This document shows positions 1 through 11,758 of a DNA stretch of 62,145 nucleotides, in pieces; within the stretch, counting starts at the first letter, position 1, and the number at the start of each line of letters is the position of its first letter. The notes under the pieces were generated by a model that was not told the origin of the DNA, ran no database searches, and was given only the letters and a program-made list of their open reading frames with translations. Source of the DNA: a bacterium (GTDB taxonomy: Bacteria; Patescibacteriota; Saccharimonadia; CAILAD01; JADZBC01); NCBI GenBank assembly GCA_020852295.1, contig JADZBC010000015.1, forward strand, positions 1 to 62,145. Direction: 5' to 3'. The position numbers and the translations under genes were made by a program.

Positions 1-220
1 GTTGGGGCCGACTTTTTGGAGTGCTGCCGGCGCAAAAAAACCAACTGGGCTACCAAGCTCTAAGACCTTCTGTCCCTCACGCAAATCAATACTCGTGAGC
101 AACTCTGAAGGGCTGCTAAAATGCTGGCTAACCCGCTTGAGTATGCGATGTGGCAATGCCCGTAACATAATCCACCTTATCTATAACTCTATGATAAAGC
201 AAAAGCAGCTTGCTGAGAAG

Positions 221-2776
221 CTACTCCTTGCTTGGCTTTGCAGTTTCGCCTTCGGGCGCCACTTCTTCGTTCTCAACATTTTCATAGGGGAGTGTAGCAA
301 CCGAGGCGACACTATCGCCATCGCTCAGGCGCATGATGCGCACACCCTGTGTGGCACGGCCAATGGTTGGGATAGCTTTGATGTGCAGCCGAATCACAAC
401 CCCTTGCTGCGAGATGATGATTACGTCATCACGTTTGTCATTAATCACCCGTACATCAATGGCTTTACCAGTCTTCTGAGTTACCACACCAGCCTTGATA
501 CCAACGCCACCGCGGTTGTGCCGCGTGAAGTGATTGGTCTTCGTGACCTTGCCGTAGCCTTTTTCCATCACCACAAGCATCTCACCTTCTTCGGCACCGA
601 TCACATCCATGCCGACGACACTGTCGCCGCTGCGAAGCCGGATACCGCGTACCCCACGAGTAGCTCGACCCATTGGTCGCGCATCGCGTTCGGAGAAACG
701 GATCGCCAGCGCCATGGCAGTACTCATGATGATATCGTCGTTGCCAGAGGTCTTCTTCACCCACTTCAGTTCGTCATCTTTATCGAGCTTGATAGCGATG
801 AGTCCTGAGCTTCGAACATTTTGATACTCTTCAATCTTAGTCTTCTTCACGACACCACACTTGGTCGCCATAAACAAGAATTGTGACTTATTGTCTTTTT
901 CAATGGTGAGCATCGAAGTGACGCGCTCGTCAGGGGAGAGATTGAGCAGATTTACTACTGGCTGGCCCTTGGCAATACGTGAGGCGGCCGGGATTTCGTA
1001 AACTTTGAGCTTGAAGGCGCGTCCAAGGCTCGTGAAGAACAGCATAGTGTCGTGGTTGCGTGTCTGAATGAGGTGCTCGACTACGTCTTCTTCTTTAGTG
1101 GTCATACCCATCTTGCCCTTACCGCCGCGACCCTGGGTACGATACGTATTGCTTGGCATACGCTTGATGTAGTTACCAGCTGTAAGTGTCACAATAACAT
1201 CTTCATTTGGCACCAAATCTTCGTCAGAGAATTTGCCGGCAGCGCTCTTGATAATCTGGGTTCGGCGCGCATCACCATACTTTTCTTTCATCTCGGTCAG
1301 CTCCTCGCGAATCACCCTAAGGATGTTGGCTTCGCTCGAGAGAATCTCTTCGAGTTCCTTGATGAGTGCCATGAGCTGCTTAAACTCGTCTTCGATCTTT
1401 TTGCGTTCAAGTCCGGCCAGGGTACGAAGCTGCATAGCCAAAATTGCTTTGGCCTGGATTTCGGTCAGCTTGAAGTTTGCAATCAGGTTCTTGAGTGCTT
1501 CCTCTTGAGTTTCGGAGCCGCGGATCGTCGCGATGACTTTATCGATCTGATCAAGTGCGATGAGTAGGCCCTCGAGGATGTGCGCACGGTCTTTAGCCTT
1601 ACGCAGCTCAAACTCGGTGCGGCGTCGGACAACGACTTGACGGTGCTTCAGGTATTCGTTGAGTACCTGCTCAAGATTGAGAACGCGTGGCTGGATACCA
1701 TCAACCAACGCCAACATGTTGACGTGGAAGCTCGACTGCATCGGTGTCAGTTTGTAGAGCTGATTGAGAATCTTCTTGGCGTAAGCGTCTTTTTTGAGGT
1801 CAATGACAACTCGCACTTCACCCTTTGAGCTCTCATCGCGCAAATCAGCAATACCAACAACCTTTTTATCGCGCACTAGCTCGGCTATCTTCTCAATGAG
1901 CGTCGACTTATTGACCTGATAGGGGATTTCGGTCATGACGATGCGCTGATTGCCCTTTTTGCCCTCTTCGATCTCAGCAACCGCTCGCATTACGATGCTA
2001 CCCTTACCGGTACCGTAAGCCTGGGCGATGCTACCATCGTCAAAAATCACCCCGCCCGTCGGAAAGTCTGGTCCTTTCACGAATTGCATTAGATCTGCAA
2101 CGGTTGCCTGCGGATTATCAATAATATATATAACCGCATCAATCACTTCACTGAGATTGTGAGTCGGGATATTGGTGGCCATACCAACTGCGATACCCTG
2201 AACACCATTTAGGAGAAGGTTTGGCAGCTTAGCGGGCAATACTTTTGGCTCTTGCTGCGAACCATCATAGTTATCCATGAAGTCGACAGTATCCTTGTCA
2301 ATATCGGCCAACATCTCCTCGGCAATTTTCGTCATACGTGCTTCGGTATAACGCATGGCGGCCGCACCATCCCCATCCATCGAGCCAAAGTTACCCTGAC
2401 CATCGACCATCATGTAGCGAAGACTGAAGTCCTGGGCCATACGCACCATAGCATCATAGACAGCCACATCACCGTGCGGGTGATACTTACCAAGTACTTC
2501 ACCGACTACCGTGGCGGACTTACGATACTTCGCGGTTGAACGCAGCCCGATATTGTTCATGGCGTAGAGAATACGACGGTGCACCGGCTTGAGACCGTCG
2601 CGAACGTCCGGCAGGGCACGAGCCACAATGACTGACATAGCATATTCGAGATAGCTTTTTTCCATCTCGTTCTCGAGTGGCTGAGCCAATACTTTACCGT
2701 GCTCACTCTCCAAAAACTGCGGCTGTGAGACCTCGATTGCCTTTTCTTCTTCGGGTTGTTTTGTATCTTCTGCCAT
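221..2776 (-). CDS. gyrA: DNA gyrase subunit A
   Basis: 851-aa ORF. GyrA N-terminal signature [28 protein letters not shown], catalytic Tyr region [11 protein letters not shown]-terminal beta-pinwheel repeats. Lies immediately downstream of gyrB. Confidence 0.97.
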   Translation of the reverse strand: MAEDTKQPEEEKAIEVSQPQFLESEHGKVLAQPLENEMEKSYLEYAMSVIVARALPDVRDGLKPVHRRILYAMNNIGLRSTAKYRKSATVVGEVLGKYHPHGDVAVYDAMVRMAQDFSLRYMMVDGQGNFGSMDGDGAAAMRYTEARMTKIAEEMLADIDKDTVDFMDNYDGSQQEPKVLPAKLPNLLLNGVQGIAVGMATNIPTHNLSEVIDAVIYIIDNPQATVADLMQFVKGPDFPTGGVIFDDGSIAQAYGTGKGSIVMRAVAEIEEGKKGNQRIVMTEIPYQVNKSTLIEKIAELVRDKKVVGIADLRDESSKGEVRVVIDLKKDAYAKKILNQLYKLTPMQSSFHVNMLALVDGIQPRVLNLEQVLNEYLKHRQVVVRRRTEFELRKAKDRAHILEGLLIALDQIDKVIATIRGSETQEEALKNLIANFKLTEIQAKAILAMQLRTLAGLERKKIEDEFKQLMALIKELEEILSSEANILRVIREELTEMKEKYGDARRTQIIKSAAGKFSDEDLVPNEDVIVTLTAGNYIKRMPSNTYRTQGRGGKGKMGMTTKEEDVVEHLIQTRNHDTMLFFTSLGRAFKLKVYEIPAASRIAKGQPVVNLLNLSPDERVTSMLTIEKDNKSQFLFMATKCGVVKKTKIEEYQNVRSSGLIAIKLDKDDELKWVKKTSGNDDIIMSTAMALAIRFSERDARPMGRATRGVRGIRLRSGDSVVGMDVIGAEEGEMLVVMEKGYGKVTKTNHFTRHNRGGVGIKAGVVTQKTGKAIDVRVINDKRDDVIIISQQGVVIRLHIKAIPTIGRATQGVRIMRLSDGDSVASVATLPYENVENEEVAPEGETAKPSKE

Positions 2777-2779
2777 GAT

Positions 2780-4879
<2,100 letters not shown>

Positions 4880-4985
4880 CTAGTTTGAAACGTCAAAATT
4901 AAAAAAGGTCTCAGCCTTTTTACTACAAAAAGTATGTCTTTATTATAGCCCAACAGATAGGGATGCCGCAAGCACAATTCGTGGA

Positions 4986-5543
4986 CTAGCCACGTTTGCG
5001 CTTGAGTGTACGCACAATAGTCTCACCGACAGCACCAATCACCCAGCCGGCCGCAAAACCTATCACTACCTCTGAGCCACTTAGTCGAATACCCTGGATC
5101 TGTGCCACAACATAGACAACGATACTAAACAGCAGACCAATCACAGCACCGGTAATCAGTAGCGGCGGTCGCATGACTGTGTCCTCAAGAAACTCAGACA
5201 CGTCTTCGACCACACGATTGTGTACGACTTTTGAGAATGCTCGACTGGTGGATGGCAACTGGGCACGAACCTTGCTCATCTGACGTTCAAAAACGTCACG
5301 CTTGGCCTTTTTCCCAACTGGCTCAGCCTGTGGTTCGGTCTGCTTCTGTCGCTCAGTTGGCTCAGGCGCCGGTTTGTGCTCAACTTTTTTAAGCTGTTCG
5401 CGAGCGGCCTCGACCGTCTTATCGCGGTCAAATTTACCTGCCTCAGCCGAACGCTCGGCGGAGCGCGTTACCTCTAGTTTTTCGCTCTTGCTCTGTTCGG
5501 ATTGTCGCTCAGGGGAGCGTATGTCGTTAAATCGTTCAGCCAC
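4986..5543 (-). CDS. Hypothetical membrane protein (charged N-terminal half, two C-terminal TM helices)
   Basis: 185-aa ORF that overlaps the upstream gene end by 8 nt (operon-like). No recognisable family motif. Confidence 0.55.
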   Translation of the reverse strand: MAERFNDIRSPERQSEQSKSEKLEVTRSAERSAEAGKFDRDKTVEAAREQLKKVEHKPAPEPTERQKQTEPQAEPVGKKAKRDVFERQMSKVRAQLPSTSRAFSKVVHNRVVEDVSEFLEDTVMRPPLLITGAVIGLLFSIVVYVVAQIQGIRLSGSEVVIGFAAGWVIGAVGETIVRTLKRKRG

Positions 5544-7182
5544 TATAATCCTCCACGTGTACCGCCATTAGTTCGAGTTCTTTCTTGATCAGTCGATTGC
5601 GCAGGAATATGAAGGTTGCGGCCGCACCAAACACGGCGAGAATAGCGGTCGGCCAATCACTACCGGTCTGCGGCAGGCTCTGTACAATCACATCGACAGT
5701 CTTGGTGGGTGGTGGTGGCAGCATAATTCTGACGTATTGCCCTTCAAAGACATTATCCATCTTCAAGTCATAGCTCAAGGTATCACTGCTGCTACGTGGC
5801 TTATCAGGAATAGTGCTCTTCACTTTGACGATGAAGCTCTTGGTTTCTTTGGAGTTTGCCTTAATGTCGAGCGGAGCCCAGGTCAAGAGTGTCGAACCAT
5901 ACTTTTGTGACTTGAGTGCACCACCAAGATCTTCGAGGTCAGCGTACTCCAGGATGTCTGTAATGTCTTCGTTGAAAATGTATTTCTTTTGGTCAGCCTT
6001 GCCGGTGTTGTTCGCCACCAAGTTGTAGCGGATACGATCACCCGGTTTGACGGTTGTATTGTTGGCGTCACTTGGCTTGCCGTTGACCAGCTGAGTAAGG
6101 TTTTCAGCTGATTTGATGTAGCTTAAGTTAGGCGAGACGATCGGAGTAGGAGTGACGGACGGAGTTGGCTTCACAGTCGGGGTTACCGTTGGAGTAGGCG
6201 TCGAAGTCGGACTTGGTGTCGGGGTTGGTGTAGCAGGCTTATCCATGACGGTAAATGCTGTGTCGCAACCACCGGCGCCATTGGTCAAGAAACAGGCTTC
6301 GTTCTTGGTCTGACCCGCGAGGTAGCGAGTAGCCTTGGCAAATATCACGAGGCGTTTCGTTTCACCCCGGCGTAGGAGCTGAATGACCGTCTTGTATTCT
6401 GACTTGGTGGTTTGATCGTTTGGCACAAACTCAATCCCGTCAGGAGCCTTATCGACGACATAAACATCACGCATATCGACTGAGCCGGTGTTTTTGACGT
6501 CAATTGTGTAGGCAAATATTTCGTCTTTCGCTACTTTGAGCTCATTGACGTCTTTGATTTTTTCGCTGCTTACCAACTTATTGATGCTACCGGTTGGTCG
6601 CGGTGGTGGGGTTGGCAAGATAGGTTGGCCAGGCCAGGCTAAGTTACCGCAATCGTACATAATATAGAAGGTTTGACCTGAAGAACTGCGACCCTTGAGT
6701 GCTGTGTAGCGAGCACCAGCCCCCCAGTTGGCTAGTGGGCGCAAATACACATTAGTAGAAGCCCCGGCGATGACAATCTGCTGATCATTCGAAAACCGGT
6801 GATTGCGACCAAGTGAATACAGACCCATACCACCGGTAATAGTGACCGTGGTAGCCGCCTCTACGTTCTGGCGAGTAATGCCAAAATGGTCCCAGATAAC
6901 CTTGATGTCAGCCGGATTGCGACTATCGAAGCGTGCGAGCGCCTGTGTCTTTGAACTAAAGCCTCCGTACATGATGTCGTTCGGGCTGGCAGCATTTGAT
7001 GGCTTTGGCGGGAACAAGAACGTAACCATCTGGAATACCATAACGGTCACGGTGAGCGCAGCCGCAATCCCACGACTCGAGTTTTCTTTCGAGAGACGGC
7101 GAACGTAAAAACTAAGACCGGACTTTGCCTCTTCTCGGTTGTGCGTGCGCGCTAGATTTGTAACGATATCGCGAAATAACAT
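5536..7182 (-). CDS. Cell-surface protein with DUF11-like repeats, Pro/Thr linker and LPXTG-type sorting signal
   Basis: 548 aa. N-terminal TM/signal segment. Two DUF11-like segments (e.g. IFAYTIDVKNTGSVDMRDVYVVDKAPDGIEFV). PTPTPTPSPTSTPTPTVTPTVKPTPSVTPTP linker. C-terminal LPQTG + hydrophobic stretch + RNRLIKK. Confidence 0.7.
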   Translation of the reverse strand: MLFRDIVTNLARTHNREEAKSGLSFYVRRLSKENSSRGIAAALTVTVMVFQMVTFLFPPKPSNAASPNDIMYGGFSSKTQALARFDSRNPADIKVIWDHFGITRQNVEAATTVTITGGMGLYSLGRNHRFSNDQQIVIAGASTNVYLRPLANWGAGARYTALKGRSSSGQTFYIMYDCGNLAWPGQPILPTPPPRPTGSINKLVSSEKIKDVNELKVAKDEIFAYTIDVKNTGSVDMRDVYVVDKAPDGIEFVPNDQTTKSEYKTVIQLLRRGETKRLVIFAKATRYLAGQTKNEACFLTNGAGGCDTAFTVMDKPATPTPTPSPTSTPTPTVTPTVKPTPSVTPTPIVSPNLSYIKSAENLTQLVNGKPSDANNTTVKPGDRIRYNLVANNTGKADQKKYIFNEDITDILEYADLEDLGGALKSQKYGSTLLTWAPLDIKANSKETKSFIVKVKSTIPDKPRSSSDTLSYDLKMDNVFEGQYVRIMLPPPPTKTVDVIVQSLPQTGSDWPTAILAVFGAAATFIFLRNRLIKKELELMAVHVEDYSG

Positions 7183-7225
7183 AACTTTGTTTAATTCTAA
7201 CCCTCTTACGTTTAGCTGGCAAGTT

Positions 7226-9763
7226 TTAGCGATTCACCACTGGCGCAGGGGGCGGTGGTGCACCAGCAGCAGTTGCTATCTTGAGACTTTCAAAAATCTC
7301 TTTTTCAATCTCTGCCTTCGGATGGCCATACTTGGCGCGTGATAGGTCGCGTACTGCCTTGGCAACCACTGGATCGACCGTACCCGTTGCTGGTAGTGTC
7401 TTGAGGGTGAATGGTGTCGTCGGGACCCCTTTGGCAATCATTTTTACAACCGCAGTATAGTTTGGAATATTGACCATGTCATATTGATCAAACTGTGGCG
7501 TAAACTGCTTGGTCATAAACTCAGCATCTTCAGGACCGGTACGAAAACTCATCAGACTACCAACGTTTCCAAAAATCGCCTCCCGAATCTTGTCGTCCAG
7601 CTGACCGATGAACTGGTTGGCCAAGATAAGGCTTAGTCGATATTTACGTGCCTCGGACAAAATAGTCGCGATCGAATCGGTTGAGAAGTTCTGAAACTCA
7701 TCGACGTAGAGGGAGAAGTCGCGGCGCTGCTCTTCATCAATATTGGCTCGACTCATGGCTGCCATCTGGAACTTAATCACAAAAATAATACCCAAAAGCT
7801 GCGAATTAAGATCACCCAGCAGACCCTTACTGAGGTTTACCAGCAGGATCTTACCGTCATCCATTACTTCACGAAGATTAAAGGCTGATTTCTTCTGGCC
7901 GATAATATTACGCATAATCTCATTGCTCGCAAAAGCGCCAAACTTACTCACAAACCACCCAAGCATCTCACTCTTGTGGTAGTCGCTGGTTTGAGCCATT
8001 TCTTTTGTCCAAAAATCCTGGACGGTCGGATCGGTCACATACTTAAACTTTTGTTTGATATAGTCGTTATCGGTAAAAACTTTTGGTATCTCGATAAACG
8101 TGCCGCCCTCTGGATCAGCCATCACGGTTAGCGCAGCGTTGCGGAACCAATGCTCATAGCGCGGTCCAATGATACCTTGGTGTTGCGGGTCGTAGAGTTT
8201 ATAGAGCATCGAAATTGCTTCTTGGATAATGAAGTCTTTTTGTTCAGGATGATCGATATCGTATTCCATGATGTTAAAGCCAAGCGGAAACTCAGTATCA
8301 CCCGGATTGAAATACACAACGTCCTCGCTGCGATGCTGAGGGATCTTAGCCAGGATCTTTTCGGCAGTATCGCCGTGTGGATCGATAAACGCCAGGCCTT
8401 TGCCTGCCTCAATGTCTTGCATGATCAGATTTTCGAGTAAGTTAGATTTACCTGTACCAGTTTGACCAAGTATGTAGAGATGGCGGCGGCGGTCATTATC
8501 ACTCAAGTAGACCGGTGAGGTCACACCACGATACAAATTGTTACCAAGCTGCAGGCCTTCTTTTGGTACCGTATGCGGGGCAGCCACCTCCTTGTGGGCC
8601 GTGCGATCGATTGGGGTAGCATTTGGCATGTTCTCGCTCGGCAAGTGAAAAAGAGTTGCGAGTTCAGCCGATCCGAGTACTACATAGCGCCAGTGAACCG
8701 GGAAAAATCGAAATATAAAATCGGTCGCCAATTGCTGGACTGATCCATAGTTGTAGATTTTAAACCCGTTGTAGCCCGGATTATTAAGCTGCGTAAAACT
8801 ACTCATCATATCTGCGACGATAATTTTGGAGCGCTGGGCGGATGCTGAACTGGCAATGACCCGAATCATACATTCATAAACTGGACCGCTAATCTTCTCA
8901 GTGACCGCCTGACTTTTTTGTTGATCGATCGCATCGGGCTGCTTGTCGGCGGGCTTGGCTTGCTGTTCGCTCTGCGGATTGCTGTATGGCTTCTTGACGA
9001 GTTCGCCGACTGCACTTAGTGCTCCCTTCTTCTCTTCTTTTGGATGCAAGTGACTCTTTGCGATCGATTTCGCTTGACGGTGCCATTTCTTTCGCGCTGG
9101 ACGAACGAGAATTTGGATTGCGGCACCTTCATCGGCGCCAAGCTTAGACATGCTCGCCAAGATGCCGCTCATCGCGTCAAAATCTAAATGTTTATAGCTC
9201 TTAATGGGGTAGTGACTATCATTGGTCATGACCACCGCACCCCCAGCCACACCATCGATCTTACTGACTTGCGAAAAGATATTATGATCCTCTTGTGCTT
9301 CAATCTGGATATCAGGGTAGTTGGCCAATAGAGCCTTCTCAACCATGCTCACAAGACTGATCGGCGCCCCAACATAGAAGAAAATCTGATCGGCGTCGGC
9401 AATGATTTCAAAACTCAAATAGCGCCAACCAAAGATTCGCCGCTTTATGGCTGACTTGCCAAGCAACAGATCGGTCATCGATTTAATTTTCGTGGACCCC
9501 ATGCCGGTGAGCAGATTAAATACACCTTCGGCCCGCGCGATGTATTCCTTGGTCATCTCACGGGAGTCACGATTGTTGGCTTCGTTTCTTTCACTCGGCG
9601 GCAATTTGATCAGCATTGGTACGATCTTGAGCGAACGCTCAACATCTTTGGCGTGCCGGAGAATGCGCCGATAGATAAAAAAGGCAATTGTACCAATAAT
9701 ACCCACTACTATGATGAGTAGCAGGACCATGAACAACGTAAAAGAATTATTTGTCTCGTTCAC
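7226..9763 (-). CDS. VirD4/TraD-like (type IV coupling protein family) membrane P-loop ATPase
   Basis: 845 aa. N-terminal TM helix. Walker A GQTGTGKSN. Walker B-like FSLYVDEFQNF, followed by LSLILANQFIGQL. Overall layout matches T4CP/TraG-D-type NTPases. Confidence 0.65.
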   Translation of the reverse strand: MNETNNSFTLFMVLLLIIVVGIIGTIAFFIYRRILRHAKDVERSLKIVPMLIKLPPSERNEANNRDSREMTKEYIARAEGVFNLLTGMGSTKIKSMTDLLLGKSAIKRRIFGWRYLSFEIIADADQIFFYVGAPISLVSMVEKALLANYPDIQIEAQEDHNIFSQVSKIDGVAGGAVVMTNDSHYPIKSYKHLDFDAMSGILASMSKLGADEGAAIQILVRPARKKWHRQAKSIAKSHLHPKEEKKGALSAVGELVKKPYSNPQSEQQAKPADKQPDAIDQQKSQAVTEKISGPVYECMIRVIASSASAQRSKIIVADMMSSFTQLNNPGYNGFKIYNYGSVQQLATDFIFRFFPVHWRYVVLGSAELATLFHLPSENMPNATPIDRTAHKEVAAPHTVPKEGLQLGNNLYRGVTSPVYLSDNDRRRHLYILGQTGTGKSNLLENLIMQDIEAGKGLAFIDPHGDTAEKILAKIPQHRSEDVVYFNPGDTEFPLGFNIMEYDIDHPEQKDFIIQEAISMLYKLYDPQHQGIIGPRYEHWFRNAALTVMADPEGGTFIEIPKVFTDNDYIKQKFKYVTDPTVQDFWTKEMAQTSDYHKSEMLGWFVSKFGAFASNEIMRNIIGQKKSAFNLREVMDDGKILLVNLSKGLLGDLNSQLLGIIFVIKFQMAAMSRANIDEEQRRDFSLYVDEFQNFSTDSIATILSEARKYRLSLILANQFIGQLDDKIREAIFGNVGSLMSFRTGPEDAEFMTKQFTPQFDQYDMVNIPNYTAVVKMIAKGVPTTPFTLKTLPATGTVDPVVAKAVRDLSRAKYGHPKAEIEKEIFESLKIATAAGAPPPPAPVVNR

Positions 9764-9789
9764 TCGTGGTTCCGCCCAATACTAATTTG

Positions 9790-10215
9790 CTACTTCGCAT
9801 CCTCAACGTCGATATTAAACCGCTTCTTTAGATACGCCTGACTTAGGTCCTCTTCGGCCTCTTCTTCTCCTGCTGGATCATTGGCCCGCGCAGCCATAAT
9901 CTTGTCCGCCTGATCTACCCATTCCTTCTCAATAATATCGGCGTCAGAAGCATCAAGAGCTGCCACAGCCGGATCAATTACTGGCGCAGCTGCTCCGGCT
10001 GTCTGCGGAGTAGCTGCTGCACTGGCATCAGCCTGCGATACAGCTGGTGCAGCTTGCGTTACGTCGTTTTGCGGTGTTGTCGCTGCTGGAGCAGCCGGCA
10101 TACCTTCAGTATTTGTGACCTCTAACTCAGGCTGGGCTGGAATAGCCTGCTCGGTTGACGGCATACTCTCTGGTGCCGGAATCGACTCTGGGATTTTTGT
10201 GTTATCACCCTGCAT
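9790..10215 (-). CDS. Hypothetical low-complexity acidic protein
   Basis: 141-aa ORF in an operon-like position. Ala/Pro/Thr-rich N-terminal half and acidic C-terminus. No family recognised. Confidence 0.45.
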   Translation of the reverse strand: MQGDNTKIPESIPAPESMPSTEQAIPAQPELEVTNTEGMPAAPAATTPQNDVTQAAPAVSQADASAAATPQTAGAAAPVIDPAVAALDASDADIIEKEWVDQADKIMAARANDPAGEEEAEEDLSQAYLKKRFNIDVEDAK

Positions 10216-10252
10216 ACCAGCATTATATCAGATAGGATGCGTTTTTCTAAAA

Positions 10253-11731
10253 CTAGTTATGTACCCAAACAGGCGTACCGATTTCGGCCCAACCATAAAT
10301 AAATGCCGCTGTCGCTTTTGGAAGATTTACGCAACCATGCGAACCATTATAGTAATAGTCCTGTCCGCCAAACTGACCATTGCGCCAATCAGCGTCATGC
10401 AGGCCGTAGCCCTGATAGAATGGCATCCAATAATCGACGTGAACATTGTAGTTATAGCCATAAATTTGGCCATTGAGATAGGTGTTAGTCGTCTTGTAGT
10501 AGATCGAGAAGAGACCAGTAACGGTAGGGAAGCCTGCCCCTGTGGCCCCACTTGTTACTGGTGATTCGTAGATCACCTGGTGGTCCTGGTAGACCCAAAG
10601 TCGCTGCTGACTGAGATTAACCTCGATGTAGCGGCCGAGGTCGAGCGTCACTACGGTACTCGATTCGGTCTTGAACGGCACCGGCTTCGATGTAATCGTA
10701 TAGCTAAATGGCTGACTATCTGTCATAGCACCGGTAATCGCGCGTGCTGTGGCAGCCTGGTCTATTGCCGTCCCATCAACTCCTTCGCGATCAACTTGTG
10801 AAACACCATTTTTGACGGTTACTTTTTTGTTGATCGGAGCAACATTCACTTCATTGGCAATCGCCTGGATATAACCCTCAATCTGTTTGTTGTCGATGCC
10901 AACCACCAACTTGGCCTTGCCCGTTTCATTCTTTGCTTCTGAGAAAACCAGCCAGTGACCGATCGTGGCAGCATCAGGGGAGAAGATCTTGTCTTGATAG
11001 GTTAATGAGATTCGTTTGCCCATCAGCTCCTTCGCCCTGTCGGCGGCCGCCTGAGTGTCCTGCGGCTGGATATCAGCCGGTGTGACGACTGGGCTGAGTG
11101 CGATGACCTGATCCTTGGCATCGACGACCGACCGCTGAATTGCAGCGTTGAGCAAGTCACTACTGATACGGTAGCCGGACTTGGCTGGCACTACTTCGAT
11201 TTCGCCAGCATCGCTAATTTTCAGTGTGGCATTAACCGGATCAGAGCCAATCGCCTTCACAACCTTATTGGTAAAATCGTTAAATGCCTTACTGTCAATA
11301 TGATAAGCGTAGCCAAGCTGCGCTGCCTGGCCCGTCTTCATTACGCCCATGATCGGCAAGTTGCGCACCCGACCCTGCTCATAAGCAGCATCAACCGACT
11401 TAGCTAAATCATATTCAACACCAAGGGTTTTATTATCAGCTTCAAAAGTTTTATCGCCGACTTTTACCGTCAAACGCTGTGTAGGCGGGTTAGCCTGTAA
11501 AGTCTTGAGGGCTTCAGCACGGGTCTTCCAGCTGAGATCATGGCCACCAACCGACACCCCTGGATAAATGACCCCTTCAAGCGTTGCCTCGAGTGCGGCA
11601 TTGGCGATCAGCGACACGAGCACTACGCCGAGCACGACAAACTGCAGGCGCGCCCAAAGTGATGGCTTCATGCCAGATCGAGATACGACCTTTGGTAAAT
11701 GAAGAAAATGACTGTGTGATTCTGGTGGCAT
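10253..11731 (-). CDS. L,D-transpeptidase (YkuD domain) with N-terminal membrane anchor
   Basis: 492 aa. C-terminal YkuD catalytic signature YGLHDADWR...GSHGCVNL. N-terminal TM helix. TATAAT sits 8 nt upstream of the ATG. Confidence 0.8.
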   Translation of the reverse strand: MPPESHSHFLHLPKVVSRSGMKPSLWARLQFVVLGVVLVSLIANAALEATLEGVIYPGVSVGGHDLSWKTRAEALKTLQANPPTQRLTVKVGDKTFEADNKTLGVEYDLAKSVDAAYEQGRVRNLPIMGVMKTGQAAQLGYAYHIDSKAFNDFTNKVVKAIGSDPVNATLKISDAGEIEVVPAKSGYRISSDLLNAAIQRSVVDAKDQVIALSPVVTPADIQPQDTQAAADRAKELMGKRISLTYQDKIFSPDAATIGHWLVFSEAKNETGKAKLVVGIDNKQIEGYIQAIANEVNVAPINKKVTVKNGVSQVDREGVDGTAIDQAATARAITGAMTDSQPFSYTITSKPVPFKTESSTVVTLDLGRYIEVNLSQQRLWVYQDHQVIYESPVTSGATGAGFPTVTGLFSIYYKTTNTYLNGQIYGYNYNVHVDYWMPFYQGYGLHDADWRNGQFGGQDYYYNGSHGCVNLPKATAAFIYGWAEIGTPVWVHN

Positions 11732-11758
11732 TTTATAAAATTATACCCCGAAAAGCGC

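Noticed and set aside
1-220. Possible tRNA or terminator in the 220 nt downstream of gyrA at the window edge.
   Set aside because: No cloverleaf could be built on either strand and only weak hairpins are present. The region is truncated by the window boundary.
2-808. The 268-aa plus-strand ORF at the left edge, and other ORFs nested in gyrA/gyrB.
   Set aside because: They are entirely antisense to the well-supported gyrA CDS and carry no motifs.
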